From Octopus vulgaris (Eukaryota), in contig OX597816.1 of assembly GCA_951406725.2 (NCBI GenBank), positions 58,156,001 through 58,220,000 of the forward strand: 64,000 nucleotides of DNA. The letters run 5' to 3'. The notes below the pieces were generated by a model. The model ran no database searches. It was not told the origin of the DNA and saw nothing but the letters and a program-made list of their open reading frames with translations. Positions within the stretch are counted from its first letter, which is position 1. Each line of letters starts with the position of its first letter. Shown here piece by piece: positions 13,172 to 25,556 of the stretch. The position numbers and the translations under genes are program-made.

Positions 13172-13572
13172 AAGGCGGCGAGCTGGCAGAAACGTTAGCA
13201 CGCCGGGCGAAATGCTTAGCGGTAATTCGTCTGTCGTTACGTTCTGAGTTCAAATTCCGACGCGCTCGACTTTGCCTTTCATCCTTTCGGCGTCGATAAA
13301 TTAAGTACCAGTTACGCACTGGGGTCGATGTAATCGACTTAATCCGTTTGTCTGTCCTTGTTTGTCCTCTCTGTGTTTAGCCCCTTGTGGGTAATAAAGA
13401 AATAGGTATTTCATCTGTCGTTACGTTCTGAGTTGAAATTCCGCCGCGCTCGACTTTGCCTTTCATCCTTTCGGCGTCGATAAATTAAGTACCAGTTGCG
13501 TACGGGGGTCAATCTAATCGACTGGCTACCTTCCCCCAAAATTGCGGGCCTTGTGCCAAGAGTAGAAAAGAA
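13172..13572 (+). mobile_element. SINE family B with tandem second body unit
   Basis: AAGGCGGCGAGCTGGCAGAAACG head; the body repeats after GAAATAGGTATTTC. Confidence 0.88.
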
Positions 13573-14654
13573 ATACCTATGCACGTATACCATGGCTTAG
13601 CTGGTCGAAACTTCGAAATCACTTTCTACAAGAGCAGTATTCTTGTATAAGAATATATTTGTATTCTACAAAAGTATAGAGTAACCTATGAGATTAATGT
13701 AAAATTGTTTTTATTATAACTGACAACAAAAACAAACATTTATTTAAGTGTGTGTGAATGTACAAGCGCGTATGTGTGTGTACACACACATACATATACA
13801 TAGTTCGTTGGTGTATGTAACTCAGGTGTTTGCCTTATTAAGCGCATCCACAGATATTGGCTATCAGACTAAATGGGAAATCGTTTGTTTTGCCAGACTT
13901 TGTACGAATATCATCTACCGTAGCCTTGGGTTGACGAACGACATTTTGGTAGACAGAAACAGACAAAAAGATTCCAAGAGCTTCTTACCAGTAAGCAGGT
14001 TCCAGTTCTTACAATGGAATAAGTCTGGTAAATGCAACCATGGGCCAAGGTAACGAAAAACAAAATGAGTCATTGACGTACCTCATATCCCTCAATTCTA
14101 CACTTTGCACCCCCCCCCCACCGCAACACAGCCCATTAACCACGAAGCCCTAATGCACTCAATTGTACACCACGCCCCAGGCACACTCCACCGCGCTACA
14201 CCGTACCATTCGAAGTAGACCACAATACATCACCGTACATCATTCAACGCTACATTACGGCGAACCTCACCCCATTATAACCTCATTGCACCACACCTTC
14301 GTTGCAGCACCCCTAAACCTCTAATGTCTAAATCTCAACAATAATGCGTGGGTTTCAAACTGTAAACAAATCTTCTTCAGGTTAGCAAACACAGGTGTAA
14401 ATGCAAAAACGCGGGATGCAGGTGAGTAGAATGAGAGGGCGGTGGAGGAGTGAGGTAGGGGTGGAAACGGTGGAGACGGGAGAGTGAGAGAGTGTGAGAG
14501 AAGATTGAGTTGGAGAAGAGATTGGGTGGAGGAGAAGATGGAGGTGTGGTGGAGGTGGAGGTGGAGGTAAGAAGAGAATTCGAGATTGTGATCGCAAAGA
14601 GGGAGAAAAAAAACACATCCACTACGCAACGCTGTTCACATATACTCTTACTCT

Positions 14655-15300
14655 CTTTTTCTTTTTTACTTGTTTCAGTCATTTGACTGCGGCCATGCTG
14701 GAGCACCGCCTTTAATCGAGCAACTCGACCCCGAGACTTATTCTTTTGTAAGCCCAGTACTTATTCAATCGGTCTCTTTTGCCGAACCGCTAAGTAACGG
14801 GGACATAAACACACCAGCATCGGTTGGCAAGCAATGCTAGGGGGACAAACACAGACGCACAAGCACACACACGCATATATGTATATATACATATATACGA
14901 CGGGATTCTTTCAGTTTCCGTCTACTAAATCCCCTCACAAGGCTTTGGTCGGCCCGAGGCTATAGTAGAAGACACTTGCCCAAGGTGCCACGCAGTGGGA
15001 CTGAACCCGGAACCATGTGGTTGGTAAACAAGCTACTCACCACACAGCCACTCCTGTGCCTATATATATATTCTTTTATTCTTTTACTTGTTTCAGTCCT
15101 TTTATTGCAACCATGCTGGAGCACCGCCTTTTTATTCGAGCAAATCGACCCCAGGACTTATTCTTTGTAAGTCTAGTACTTATTCTATCGGTATCTCTTT
15201 GCCGGACTGCTAGAATACGGGGACGTGAACACACCAGCATCGGTTGTCAAGCGATGTTGGGGGTGTGTGTGACAAACACAGACGCACAAACATATACACA
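14655..15300 (-). mobile_element. Two adjacent SINE family A copies (one full, one 3' partial)
   Basis: Both match the reverse complement of the 47550-47978 copy. Confidence 0.88.
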
Positions 15301-15303
15301 CAT

Positions 15304-15351
<48 letters not shown>

Positions 15352-15925
15352 GTATGTGTGTATGTATGTATGTATGTATGTATGTATGTATGTATGTATG
15401 TATGTATGTATGTATGTATGTATGTGTGTGTGTGTATATATATATATATAGAGAGAGAGAGAGATAGATAGATAGTTAGACAGATGAATATTTACATATA
15501 TACATAAGTATACACCTACATATATATATATGTGCGCACTCATTTATATGTGTGTGTATGTGTATGAATGTATGTATGTATCGTGTTTTTCCCCATTCAA
15601 AGGTTTATATTACACGCTATTATTTAAAGCTGAATTCACTTCGAGATACACCACTCAAATGTTTTATATGTGCATGCGCGCATGCGCGCGCGTGTGTTTG
15701 TGTGTACGTGTGAGTATGTGTGTACGTGTGTGTCTGTGTGTATGTTGAAGAAAACACAAAAATTGTTAGTGTAAGTTTCTGGCTTGCGTTCATCAGACGA
15801 AAATGAAGAAAATGGAATAAAGTAAACAACGGATTTTTATTGGATGAAGCTTGGCCACAACTCTGGAAGCGATTGACTCCCTTTGGATAATTTGTATCTG
15901 CATTGTGGAAAATATAACCATGTCT

Positions 15926-16365
15926 GGTACTTTTTGGTTATCTCACCGCCATTAAAAATTGCCATTAAAAATTGGGTTATCTCCTCACTAAAAGATCGAG
16001 TTAATGTGGATTAAAGGAATTATATCCTTTTGATTCAATACTTCAATACATTGGTGACTCCTTTGGCCTCCTCAATAGGAATGGTAGGATTTGTTATAAA
16101 AATATTATCAGGTTCATTAAAATGCTTAGTTTTTTTTCAGTTTCCATGTTTATTAATATTTTCAACATTATCAGATTCAAAACGATGTTTCATCTTTTCA
16201 CTTTTCATGTTCATTAATTTTTTTCTTTTTTTTGTTTTGTTTTGTTTTATTGAGAGTTAATTTCTCAGCTGAGGGAGATAACCAAAAGTGCCGATATTTC
16301 TTGTAAAACAGGGGGAGATAACCCAGCTCAATTTTTTAATGGGGGTGAGATAACCAAAAATTACT
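15926..16365. mobile_element. MITE with ~30-bp terminal inverted repeats, copy 1
   Basis: Left GGTACTTTTTGGTTATCTCACCGCCATTAAAAATTG and right CAATTTTTTAATGGGGGTGAGATAACCAAAAATTAC; homologous copy at 19600-20511. Confidence 0.8.
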
Positions 16366-16631
16366 CCATGTCTAAAGATCCAATAAAAGTATTATCGGGA
16401 GAAAAGAAAATAAGGAAGGTAACTGCAAATAAACGGCCGAGAAGTAGGAGATGCTGGAGAAATGACACGATGAAAGAGGAAGATGTGTGTGTGTGCGTGT
16501 GTGCGTGCGCGCATGTGTGTGTGTGTGTGTGTGTGGTAATGATTGTTATAAAGTTATATAAAGTTATATAACAAAAAATAATTAGAAAATTACTATTTTT
16601 AAATCTCACGAGAGATATTCAACAACAGTAC

Positions 16632-17012
16632 TTTGTGGTAAAGATTATTTGCCAATATAACATGGCAGCTCTGGTTTAGGACGAATGTTGCTGTAATTTA
16701 GCCCAGAAGACATCGTCTCCAGCTGGTTATTCGACACGATCTGTGTCCTTATATTTTTGAACAAGGGAATCTAGCATCTCCACTCAGCTCAAAACAATAT
16801 CAGGTTCTATATATAAATGAAGAGAAATAACTCGGAAATCGCGATACACAGATATTGTTTTGAGCTAAAGTGGGGGGGGGGGCTAGATTCCCAAGGACAC
16901 AGATCGTGTCGTATAGCCAGCTGGAGACGATATACCCTGGGGCTAAATTACAGCAACATTCGTCCTGAACCAGAACTGCCATGTTATGTTGGCAAACAAT
17001 CTTTACTACAAA
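16632..17012. mobile_element. Foldback-type MITE with ~165-bp imperfect inverted arms
   Basis: 16632-16800 is the reverse complement of 16852-17012 (e.g. GACGAATGTTGCTGTAATTTAGCCC vs GGGCTAAATTACAGCAACATTCGTC); 51-bp spacer. Confidence 0.8.
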
Positions 17013-17139
17013 AAAGAATTACTTTGACACTTTGACAGGTTTCCACCAGTAATTGGCCCAGGCCATGTCTAACTTAATAGCACCACATTAAATTGAAAGA
17101 TCGTAGAATAATTCTTTTTAGTAGGGTATCATATCTTTG

Positions 17140-17339
17140 TTCTTATTTTTCATTTGTTTTAGTCATTGGACTGCGACCATGCTGGAGTACCACCTTGAAG
17201 ATTTTTAGACCAAAGAATTAACCCTAAAACTTATTTTTTTAAAAATCATGATACTTATTCCCTCGGCTTCCTGTTGGCAAACCACTAGCTTACAGGAACG
17301 TAAACACACCAACAGTGGTCGTCAATCGGTGGAGAGGAA

Positions 17340-17400
<61 letters not shown>

Positions 17401-17560
17401 ACACACACACATATGTATATGATGGACTCCTTTTAGATTCGGTATATCAAATCCATTCACAAGGCTTTGGCCCGGCCCAAGGCTTTATTAGAAGACACTT
17501 GTCAACCTGGAACCACGTGGTCAGGAAGCAAGTTTCTAAGCACACAGCCACACCTGCGCT
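17140..17560 (-). mobile_element. SINE family A, diverged copy
   Basis: Tail, internal (CA)n and head fragments are recognisable. Confidence 0.8.
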
Positions 17561-19234
17561 GATGTAGAATTTTTTTGCAGGGAAAAGTTCGACAGCGACT
17601 TTTATAGGCTAATGACTGACGTGAAAAATCATTTTCACTATAAATTAATAAATAAAGAGTTATTAGCACTTAAAGTTTGAAAATTTTGGGTAATTTTAGC
17701 CAATCGTAAGCCACAGAGACATTTATACCTGTTCCCATAGTAACAAGCGGAACATAAGAACTCTTTTGTCTGCGAGAAAGCACGTGTTGACAAATATATA
17801 TTGAAACCACTTTTTGACAGTGTGTTCGGTTGGAAATTTTACTGCTTGATTATGGCAGCAAGCTCCGGTAACCTCGCTTCTATGATGAAAACACTAAGAA
17901 CAGGGGAGGATACTGTGTCGTACCTACGAGAAATGGGTGTTATACCCAAAAGTGATTTTGGATAAATTTGTTAAGTTCGTGCTATCGCGATGCTTAAAAC
18001 TACAAAAGACGTGTTTACTCTTTTTTGACATAACGTGCTACTTACAGGATGTTGACAAAATGTGTAGTCACGCACAAAATGACAGCTTTCAAATCCTGTT
18101 TCCTGTCTGGGTGAAAATGATGAAACTTTAAACCTTTATAACATTTTAAAAACGTTTTTCTGGAAAAAGTGAAATAACTCCAGCGATTCAGCTTGGAAAA
18201 GTATATTAATGTGCCAAATTTCAAAATTTTCGATAAACTTTAATTCTTGAAATGCTGCCAACCAAACCAAATAGATTCGTGGCCATCACATATTTGATGG
18301 GACGAACAGGGTAAATAGTACGCGATACTCGAAAATATATAATTTTTCAAAATTATAAATCAAAGACCAAGGAAATTCGTGTATGGTAGTTATCAGTTTG
18401 CTAAGTGCTATACACGAAACTATGACCCATTGAGTCACTTGGGTAACTTTCTGCCGATTTAGAAATAATGTTTGCGTGTGTTTGTGTGTGTGTGTGTGCG
18501 TGCGTGTTTGTATATATGTATATTGTGTGAAGTCGCGTGGCTCAATGGTTAGGTCATTCGTCTCACATGTATAAGACCATGAGTTCGATGCCTAGTGGCT
18601 TGTGTTCTTAAGCAAGACACTACGCTTATACAAAGTATTTCATAGTTTGAATAAGCGCGCATCTGACCAAAGCCTTCAAAAATAAATAAATAAATAAATA
18701 AAAAACGGCCCCTCATTTGTCGAGAGTCAGAGTCAACAGTGAGCCTGGCTGCCCGGCTGTCTGGCTGACAGGCCGCTGGATATACAAAAATTGTTTAAAA
18801 TATATATATATAAAATAAGAAAAGCACCATAACTCGCCCAAATTGTGTAAATTGAACCGGTGTTAAAGGTGATACGCCTGACTGGCGTTCAATGACCACA
18901 AAGAACATTTCACTTTGACCTGGCGTGAACCCAGTTTCTTCTCTTTCTGCTCATCAAAACCCCATTTATACATGTCTTACCGCATCAAATCAACATTTAT
19001 GGCGGAAATTTTCTTTTTGTCTCCAGATTTGATTTATTTCATGATTCTGTTATTTATTTTATTTTTTTTTAAAGAGACTAATTAAAAAGGATAGAATATT
19101 AATTAGAATTATTTTATCTTTTATCTTTTATCTTTTACTCGTTTCAGTAATTAGACTGCGGCCATGCTGGAGCACTTGAAGAATTTTCTGTCAAATGAAT
19201 CGAGTCCAGTACGCATTTTTTTGTCTGGTGCTTA

Positions 19235-19600
19235 GGATCTTTTCGGTTTGAACGGCAGTATTTTGTAGCGGTGTCATATGAAATTGTCACCCCTAATTAT
19301 GACCCTAGTATCGATCTATTGCATTTCAATCTGTTTTAGGATTAGGGTTAGAGTTAGGGTTAGATAGGGTTTGGGTTTCTTAAACGAGGGACATATTCAT
19401 ACGGCACAGAATGTTTTCACCTCAATAGACGTCCTTGATTGGTTGAAATTGCAGAAATTGAAGACAAAAAACAACAACAAATATCTTACAAACTATAGAA
19501 TTTTCTCAATAAAGCCAAGAGAAAAAGATGTTTTATAAACACATTCTACCAGTATACGAAGTTTAAAAGTGTTTAGTTATGTGGAAATTATTATTTAAAA
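19235..19600. mobile_element. Putative non-autonomous element containing TTAGGG-like repeats
   Basis: GGATCTTTTCGGTTTGAACGGCAG start and internal TTAGGATTAGGGTTAGAGTTAGGGTTAG; second terminus not found. Confidence 0.35.
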
Positions 19601-20008
19601 CTTTTGGTTATCTCACCTCCATTAAAAAATTGCCATTAAAAAAATTGGATTATCTCCCCACTGAAATATTGGGTTTATGTGACGACAAGAGATTGGATTA
19701 AAAGAGTTAGAAGATCCTTTTGATTCAATACTTCAACACATTGGTGACTTTTTTGGCCCCGTCAATAGGAATGGCATGGTTTACTCTCTCTCTTTTACTC
19801 TTTTACTTGTTTCAGTCATTTGACTGTGGCCATGCTGGAGCACCGCCTTTAGTCGAGTAAATCGACCCCAGGACTTATTCTTTGTAAGCCTAGTACTTAT
19901 TCTATCGGTCTATTTTGCCGAACCGCTAAGTTACAGGGACGTAAACACAACAGCATCGGTTGTCAAGCGATGTTGGGTGGGGGGGGGGGGACAAACACAG
20001 ACACACAA

Positions 20009-20057
<49 letters not shown>

Positions 20058-20511
20058 TACGACAGGCTTCTTTCAGTTTCCGTCTACTAAATCTACTCAC
20101 AAGGCTATAGTTGGCTCGAGGATATAGTAGAAGACACTTGCCCAAAGTGCCACGCAGTGGGACTGAACCCGGAACCATGTGGTTGGTAAGCAAGCTACTT
20201 ACCACACAGCCACTTAAAAAAATATAATCAGATTCAATAAAATGTTTAGTTTTTTTTTTCAGTTTCCATGTTTATTTATCTTTTCAGTTTTGTATGATTT
20301 GTCATAAAAATATTATCTGAGTCAAAACGACGTTTCATCTTTTCGTTTTTCATCTTTATTAATTTTTCAGTTTGTTTTTGTTTTTGTTTTATTGGGGGTT
20401 AAACAATTTTTTTAGTTGAGGGAGATAACCAAAAGTACAGATATTTCTCGTAAAACGGGGGGGGGGGAGTTACCTCAACTTTTTAATGGGGATGAGATAA
20501 CCAAAAAGTAC
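19600..20511. mobile_element. MITE copy 2, interrupted by a SINE family A copy (19785-20213, minus)
   Basis: Same TIRs and internal sequence as 15926-16365; the SINE splits the homology. Confidence 0.8.
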
Positions 20512-20958
20512 CCAAATATTTATACACGATGGGCTTCTTTCAGTTTCCCCTCTACCAAATCCACTTACAAGGCTTTGGTCAGTTCGAGGCTATAGTAGAA
20601 GACACTTGCTTAAGGTACCACGCTTTGGGACTGAACCAGGAACCATGTGGTTGGGAAGCAAGCTTCTTACCACTCAGCCACCCCTATAGGTTTTCTTTCT
20701 TTCTTTCATTACTCTTCTACTCTTCTCCTGTACTTATTTCAATCATTTGACTGCGGCCATGCTGGAGCACCGCCTTTAGTCTAGCAAATCGACCCCAAGA
20801 CTTATTCTTTGTAAGCCTAGTACTTATTCTATCGGTCTCTTTTGCCGAACCGTTAAGTTACGGGGACATAAATACATCTTCATCGGTTGTCAAGCAATGT
20901 TGGATGGGGGACAAACACACATACATACAAACAAACACACATACATACACACACACAC

Positions 20959-20998
<40 letters not shown>

Positions 20999-21002
20999 TT
21001 TT

Positions 21003-21198
21003 CAAAATGTGACCTCGATTTTTTTCCTCTGCCTTCCCTTCTCTGGATCTTTCCTTCTCTTATGTTTCCGACGAAGAGCTCCGCTCGAAACGTTAAACCC
21101 TCCTTCTTTCCTTCTTTCCTGAGCGTCCAATAATACTATACTTGTTCCACGTCCTCGTGTTGTTGTGTTTTCTCTTTGTGTTTTCTTGTTTGGATTAA

Positions 21199-21202
<4 letters not shown>
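21003..21202 (+). mobile_element. Family F element with hammerhead-like motif
   Basis: GTTT-CCGACGA-A-GAGC(TCC)GCTC-GAAAC-GTT-AAAC at 21064-21098; flanked by (TA)n tracts. Confidence 0.78.
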
Positions 21203-21272
<70 letters not shown>

Positions 21273-21377
21273 ATATATATTCGGTTTAAGTAATTGAGAT
21301 TCACATGAATATGGTCCTTAACTAGGATGCACCGGAAATCTATATGGTGTTAACCATACGACAAGTGGGGTGATTAC

Positions 21378-21465
21378 AAATAGGAAAAAAGCAACAAGAA
21401 TGGAGCAAAATATCGGTACAATTGTACCGATATTTTGCTCCATTCTTGTTGCTTTTTTCCTATTT
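21378..21465. repeat. Perfect 88-bp palindrome with no spacer
   Basis: AAATAGGAAAAAAGCAACAAGAATGGAGCAAAATATCGGTACAA is followed immediately by its exact reverse complement. Confidence 0.97.
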
Positions 21466-21849
21466 ATATATATATATGGTTATAGCAGAAGGCAGTTTCC
21501 CAAGATGTCACACAGTAGGGCTGAACCCGGAACCATGTGGATGGTAAGCCAGCTACTTACCACACAGCCACTCCTGCGCATAATGCATTTTTTTTAATGA
21601 GGCGAATTAAGTGATAAAATAATAATTAGAATTCGTGTACAGTACGAAATTTTGCTCTTTATAGAAATAACGGAATAATTGTCGGAGTGGGAGTCGTTTG
21701 TATTAAAGAGAATTTGGTGGATGAAAGGAAATGTCGAAGATGTGTGAATGGGGTTGGGCGGGAAAGAGAGAAGATTATCTCCATAAATATACACACTCAC
21801 TCATGGATGTGAGCATACGCACGCTAATATGGACACTTTCACAGACACA

Positions 21850-21903
<54 letters not shown>

Positions 21904-23021
21904 ACACACATATATATATAAACACACACGAACGTAATCACACATACATACCCTTACATATATAGACACATTTGTTCTCACATGTACATAAACTCGCACA
22001 CACTTACACACTTACTATACACAAACGCATACACACGAACATGTACACATATAAACACAGACACACACATAAACACACGCATACAAACACTCATACATAG
22101 ACACACACATATAGCCATATATAAACACACATATACATGCCATCACAATATACGCGAACATAAACATACATATACAGAAAGATATACACGCACTTGTTTA
22201 CACATATAACCACACACGTACGTATACAAACAAACGTAAACACACGAATACATATTGTAAAGAAAACACTCGCACACACACACACACACATACACATATT
22301 TACATGCACACACATCTAGTTAAACAGAACTTGCAATGACCAGAGGCTCCGACAACAATGAATATAAGACTCGATGGCTAAAACTGTAACAATATTTTTA
22401 CACCCGGTTAATACTCGGCTGTGTACACGTTTATCTTCCGCCAGAAACGATAAAGAAAAGAAGCAATATAGAAGGTTGCCTTTGTTTTTTTTTCTTTTAT
22501 GACCCTCAACCGACGCTTTGCACCAAACAGCTAGCGTAATCCTTCCCTCTCTGAAACGGCCCTCCCTCTCACCCCTGTATCCAGCTAACCCATGGGTGTC
22601 AAACGCGTCTGGCTTTGTGGGTTGCATTGAAGTATAAACTTGATCTCACAAGCTGAATAGTTACAGTTATTTCTTCTTAACTCCCCAAACCTTATTCATG
22701 ATGTAGGCCAAAGCAGATGGATAAACGGTCAATTTACTTAATAATAACTTCATGAATTATAAAGAAAAAGACGGCCAGCTAGGAGAACCGCCAGCATGCC
22801 GGATAGAATGTTTAGCGGCATTACGCTCTGAGCACAAATTCAGCTGGTGTCGACTTCGCTCTTCATCCTTTTGGGATCCATGAAATAAGTACCAGTTGAA
22901 CACTGGGGTCGATGTAATCGATTTTGTACTCATCTGAAAAACTACTGACCAAGTGCTGAAATTTAAAACCATCGATGAAAGAATATGAGACATATATATA
23001 TATATATATGTGTATACACAT

Positions 23022-23212
23022 TCAAAATGTGACCGCGTGTGTACCGTTGGCGATTTTTTTTCCCTCTGTCTTCCCTTCTCCTATGTTTCCGACGAAGAGC
23101 TCCGCTCGAAACGTTAAACCCTCCCTTTTTCCTTCTTTCCTGAGCGTCCAATAATACTATATTTGTTCCACGTCCTCGCGTTGTTGTGCTTTTTGTGCTT
23201 TCTTGTTTGGAT

Positions 23213-23218
<6 letters not shown>
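23022..23218 (+). mobile_element. Family F element with hammerhead-like motif
   Basis: Identical motif at 23085-23119; (TA)n flanks. Confidence 0.78.
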
Positions 23219-23270
<52 letters not shown>

Positions 23271-23561
23271 TGTATATATGTATGTATATGTGTATGTATG
23301 TATGCATGTATGTATGTATGTATGTATGTATGTATGTATGTATTGATAGAAATGGTAAGACAACAAAATAATGAAAGAGACCTCGATATAATGTAAATAG
23401 AGGAATTTATCTGTAAATATATGTGACAATTATTCGGTAACCATGATAAAACTCCGAGTTTCGGATGTCGGGGCATATGTATGTAGCCGATAGGTATTTA
23501 TATTTTTTATTATTTCTGTGGGAGGTTCTGGAACCTAACAGCTGCAATAGTCGAGGGATTA

Positions 23562-23610
<49 letters not shown>

Positions 23611-23712
23611 TACACACACAAATATATACATATATATATATACATACATACATACATACATACATACATACATACATACATACATACATACATACATACA
23701 TACATACATACA

Positions 23713-23746
<34 letters not shown>

Positions 23747-23748
23747 CA

Positions 23749-23842
<94 letters not shown>

Positions 23843-23864
23843 ACTATCGAACAATGAGAATGAG

Positions 23865-24140
23865 TGCTCAATACCACATTGGTGGATAAAGATTCTTTAT
23901 TTGTGATTTAAGGTTACCATCGGTTTCCTGTAACATACGCCTCAACAATTATCAAGTCTGTCAAATGGAAATGAATGAACCTGTTTCTCTTTCCAGCCAG
24001 CACAGTTGTCTAGTGTGTAATAAAATGTGTAAAAGCTTGGCCGAGCTTAAAAGTCACATAAGGGCATCACATGGCAACAATCATGAATCATTTCAGTAAG
24101 TCTTCTTGGCAATGGCTTTTCTCGTGTAACGAGGATGCAG
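23865..24140 (+). mobile_element. RTE-like LINE 3' fragment encoding a C2H2 finger
   Basis: HSCLVCNKMCKSLAELKSHIRASH preceded by a degenerate finger; similar layout to 32120-32590 and followed by (TATG)n. Confidence 0.55.
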
Positions 24141-24145
24141 CTGTG

Positions 24146-24178
<33 letters not shown>

Positions 24179-24344
24179 TGTATGTATGTATGTATGTATG
24201 TATGTATGTATGTATGTATGTATGTATGTATGTATGTATATGTGTACCATGTGTGTATGTATGTGTGTGTATGTATATGTATGTATGTATGTATATATGT
24301 ATGTATGTATGTACGTGTGACTTTGTCTGCACTAGTACTTTTTT

Positions 24345-24722
24345 TACTTTTTTACTTGTTTCAGTCATGTGACTGTGGCCATGCTGGAGCACCGCCTTTA
24401 ATCGACCCCAGGACATATTCTTTTGTAAGCCTGGTACTTATTCTATCGGTCGCTTTTGCCGAACCGCTAAGTTACGGAGACGTAAACACACCAGCATCGG
24501 TTGTCAAGCGATGTTGGGGGGACAAACGCAGACACACGAACATATACACACACACATATATATATATATACATATATACGTCTACCAAATCCACTCACGA
24601 GGCTTTGGTCGGCCCGAAGCTATAGTAGAAGACACTTGCCCAAGGTGCCACTCAGTGGGACTGAACCCAGAACCATGTAGTTCGTAAACAAGCTACTTAC
24701 CACACAGTCACTCCTACACCTA
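24345..24722 (-). mobile_element. SINE family A
   Basis: Matches the reverse complement of the 47550-47978 copy. Confidence 0.88.
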
Positions 24723-24974
24723 TATATAGTGTATATATATATCATAAATTTCATAGTACTATTGTACATTTTACAAGATAAGACACGAATAGAAGGCTAG
24801 CTCACCAGACCCATAGATTATCATGGTTACATCGATTCGTCAAGTTAGCGCTATGCATTGGATAACTATGTGGTTTGTAACCTGGTCCAAGAAAGGTGCT
24901 TGTTTCACGATTACCACTGGATTATATACATCCATATGTTGTACATTAAATATTAGCACACAGTCATGCCTGCG

Positions 24975-25050
<76 letters not shown>

Positions 25051-25151
25051 CGAAAACCTACGCCACCTTTTTTTTTTCATCCCCCAAAAGGAAAGCTCTA
25101 CCTTGTAATTTGTCCCATCTGCGTGCAGCCCTGTGTGGCCAATAAAGAAAC

Positions 25152-25251
<100 letters not shown>

Positions 25252-25476
25252 ACAAGGGGCATTTTCCTTGTATTTGAATACTATGCAAATATCCTTTTAA
25301 AATACTTCTCCTTTAATTTTTCCAAAATTTGATTGTTTTCCATACTTACCAGCTGAAAAAGTCTCAATGACCGAAACCGGTACTGAAATGCTTTTTATAA
25401 AATTATCTTAGCATTTTCTACCTTGACTTTTTTTCCGTTTATATATCAACTCCTGTGTTCCTTTTCAAACTTCTAC

Positions 25477-25556
<80 letters not shown>

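Noticed and set aside
14381-14421. 41-nt exon-like segment (TTCTTCAG|...CAG|GTGAGT; LANTGVNAKTRDA)
   Set aside because: Good splice words but isolated, with no partner exons or recognisable homology.
17575-18470. Possible Merlin-like DNA transposon remnant
   Set aside because: Only weak terminal similarity and a short peptide (MKTLRTGEDTVSYLREMGVIPK); no TSD found.
21930-22320. G-poor CA-rich tracts (also 14090-14330 and 42080-42260)
   Set aside because: Consistent with decayed (CA)n/(ATAC)n microsatellites.
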